From: Neoechinorhynchus agilis
Taxonomy: Eukaryota > Animalia > Acanthocephala
Assembly: GCA_051530055.1 (NCBI GenBank)
Contig: JBMGUZ010000039.1
Location: forward strand, 1-24,744
Direction: 5' to 3'
DNA length: 24,744 nucleotides
A program made the position numbers and the translations under genes. Numbering within the stretch: position 1 is the stretch's first letter; each line of letters starts with the position of its first letter. Under the pieces are notes generated by a model. It saw only the letters and a program-made list of their open reading frames with translations. It had not been told where the DNA came from and did no database searches. Below, in pieces: positions 22,643-24,744 of the stretch.

Positions 22643-24744
22643 ACCGTTTTATTGGTATATTTGTTCTGAATCAACCTAAATAGCTCATTACAGTCGTTTT
22701 CGCTTAGTGTTTTTGGCCTAAACCCACGATTAGGCATCCTTACCCGAAATAAAACGATAATAGGTCCGGCGCTCAATCCAGCGGCTTTGGTTTTTTAATT
22801 GTGATGGAATAAAATAACGACTGTCTATTAGAGTTTCGATACCCGAGATCAAACGTTTGAGACGACATTGGATGTAAGCTAAAAATTATAAGTTATTGGA
22901 AAATTATCATAATAGATTTTTACTATTTAAATTTGCTTTGCGTATAAATCGAGATGCGCCTTCGTTGGCGACACACAAAAATGTTTATGGAAATATTTTA
23001 TTGAGAAATTTCGAAATGGGAAGCCTCACCTCGTCAGACATCTAAAAAGGTTTTAGTTGTTTTGTACTGTATGGCTCGAGTACGTGGGATATCCATTCCC
23101 GAGGTTCATGGATCGTATCGCGAAATATCTCAATCCACTAAAATATTTTTTATCCGGTTCTATGATCACCACATCTCTATCAGCTTGAAGGATGCTCTCT
23201 TGATAATTAAAAACGTTTATCTTTGCTCTTTAGAGTGGACATAGAATCAAAAATATTGATCCACGATATTCATTTATCCTTGTACGAATAGCTATCACGG
23301 CTTTGAGTCCCTAGCAACTGTGAAGTCTTTTGTTTTTCGACTTAAAATGCTTTCTGGCGCCTACTACAAACAATTTTTGGCAAATTCCTTATTCTAAATA
23401 TCAATGCGTACTTATATAAGTAATTATGGTTAAGCGGTCGACGGGACTACTTCATGTCCTTGGTCTGTCATTCTGAATAAAAAATCAGGTTGCACAAAAA
23501 GATCGTCGGCTTAAAGAATACACATTACTATACTGATCCCGGTAATTTTCGGGACAACAGGACTGGGTGCGTCCTTTAACGGAATTTATTGATTATAATG
23601 TAACAAAAAAATACTTTAGTGCACGATAAAATTATATTCCACTTTCTCGATCTTTCTTCATAACTTTATAAAAGCTCTGATGGGAACAGATGAACGTATT
23701 TATACTCCATTACCTCAAGGATGCATCCGAGATTCTTTGTCTCTAATAATATAAAAACTGTACATTATTTAGATCAGTTTTCATTCGAAGAAGCGATTGC
23801 TCGCTGGATTAAAGATCGCATCTTCTCAAAATTAAAGAAAATCCTCAAAAATGTTTGTTCTCAAAATATTGAAATTACTTCCACAATGGTGTATAGACAG
23901 ATTTAATTCATACAAAAACTAAGCTCACAGCAAATCAAGTCTCATGTATCTACGAGCCTCCCAGATCCATCTCTTCACCACTCGGAACCGTCGCAAGGAC
24001 ACTTGCAGCGTTGCCGCGCTGGATCGCGAGACCTGAACGTTCCTGCTCTTGGGTCTCCGGTTGCGATCCTCATCTTCCTTGAAAGATCCGCCGTAAAGTT
24101 CTTGGCCCACAATAATTGCCATATTTCGAGCTTAATTTAAACTGTATTTATTATTTTCTAAAAGTGGAAATTCAAGAAAAAAAGTAAAATTTACTTAAAC
24201 TTTAATGCACTCTCATATGGAACACTCAGTGTTATCCGTCAAATATCGAGTTTTTGACAACAAATGCTCTTTTTACTGTTAACATCACGGTTCTCTTTTG
24301 TGTGGATTTTGCAATTAAAATTTCAACATCCGGATAGTCCAGACCCCATTTGGATCTTGGGTTTTTATTTAATACGAGTATAGCAACATGGGATGGTCAC
24401 TAAAAATGATTTAATCAGTAGAACCAGTTTTCCAGAAATTGGATCGAGACACACTTGATGGTTCATTTACAAACATTTATAGAAAATATCGAACGGAAAC
24501 AACTTTTTATATCGAGGCGAAAGTCGACTTTTTTTAGCATATGTGTGGCTCAGCCGGTTACATTTTGAAGTATATATTTGATGTTACTCAAATCCTTTAC
24601 TCGGCTGATTTGGCCAAGGAAGCGCTGATCTGTGTTAAATACCTTTATCTCCGGATCCTCAGATAAATCGGTGGGCTGTATGCTCAAATTCAGTTGGGTA
24701 AAAAATTTGAATAAACTCATCCGACTAAACTCAACAGACGCTAA

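Larger units (their letters stand above)
12882..24744. repeat. Right arm of the window-spanning inverted repeat
   Basis: Begins tggtctaaaatgcc at 12882, the reverse complement of the left-arm end. It is 11863 bp versus 11878 bp for the left arm. Confidence 0.98.

Overview
Intron-containing eukaryotic DNA, most likely from a compact animal genome (C2H2 and Ig-domain genes; 13 of 14 modelled introns are 44-53 nt). The whole window is one giant inverted repeat: left arm 1-11878, right arm 12882-24744, and a unique ~1.0 kb spacer at 11879-12881. Each arm carries, pointing outward from the centre, a multi-C2H2 zinc-finger gene, a ~10-copy 161-bp tandem array, a 9-exon ABCF2-type translation ATPase gene and a secreted Ig-domain gene with a hydrophobic C-terminal tail. 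The outer ~10 kb of the arms look identical, while the inner ~1.8 kb differ by transition-biased SNPs and indels. The most unusual local feature is ABCF2 intron 2. It is about 8 times longer than the other introns, has no AG at the homology-predicted 3' junction (GT...TG, 384 nt), and can fold into a nested structure that pairs its two ends. The 161-bp unit also parses as a 50-nt GT-AG intron plus a 111-nt symmetric exon. All gene models were built by hand; no searches or folding programs were run, and the organism is not identified.
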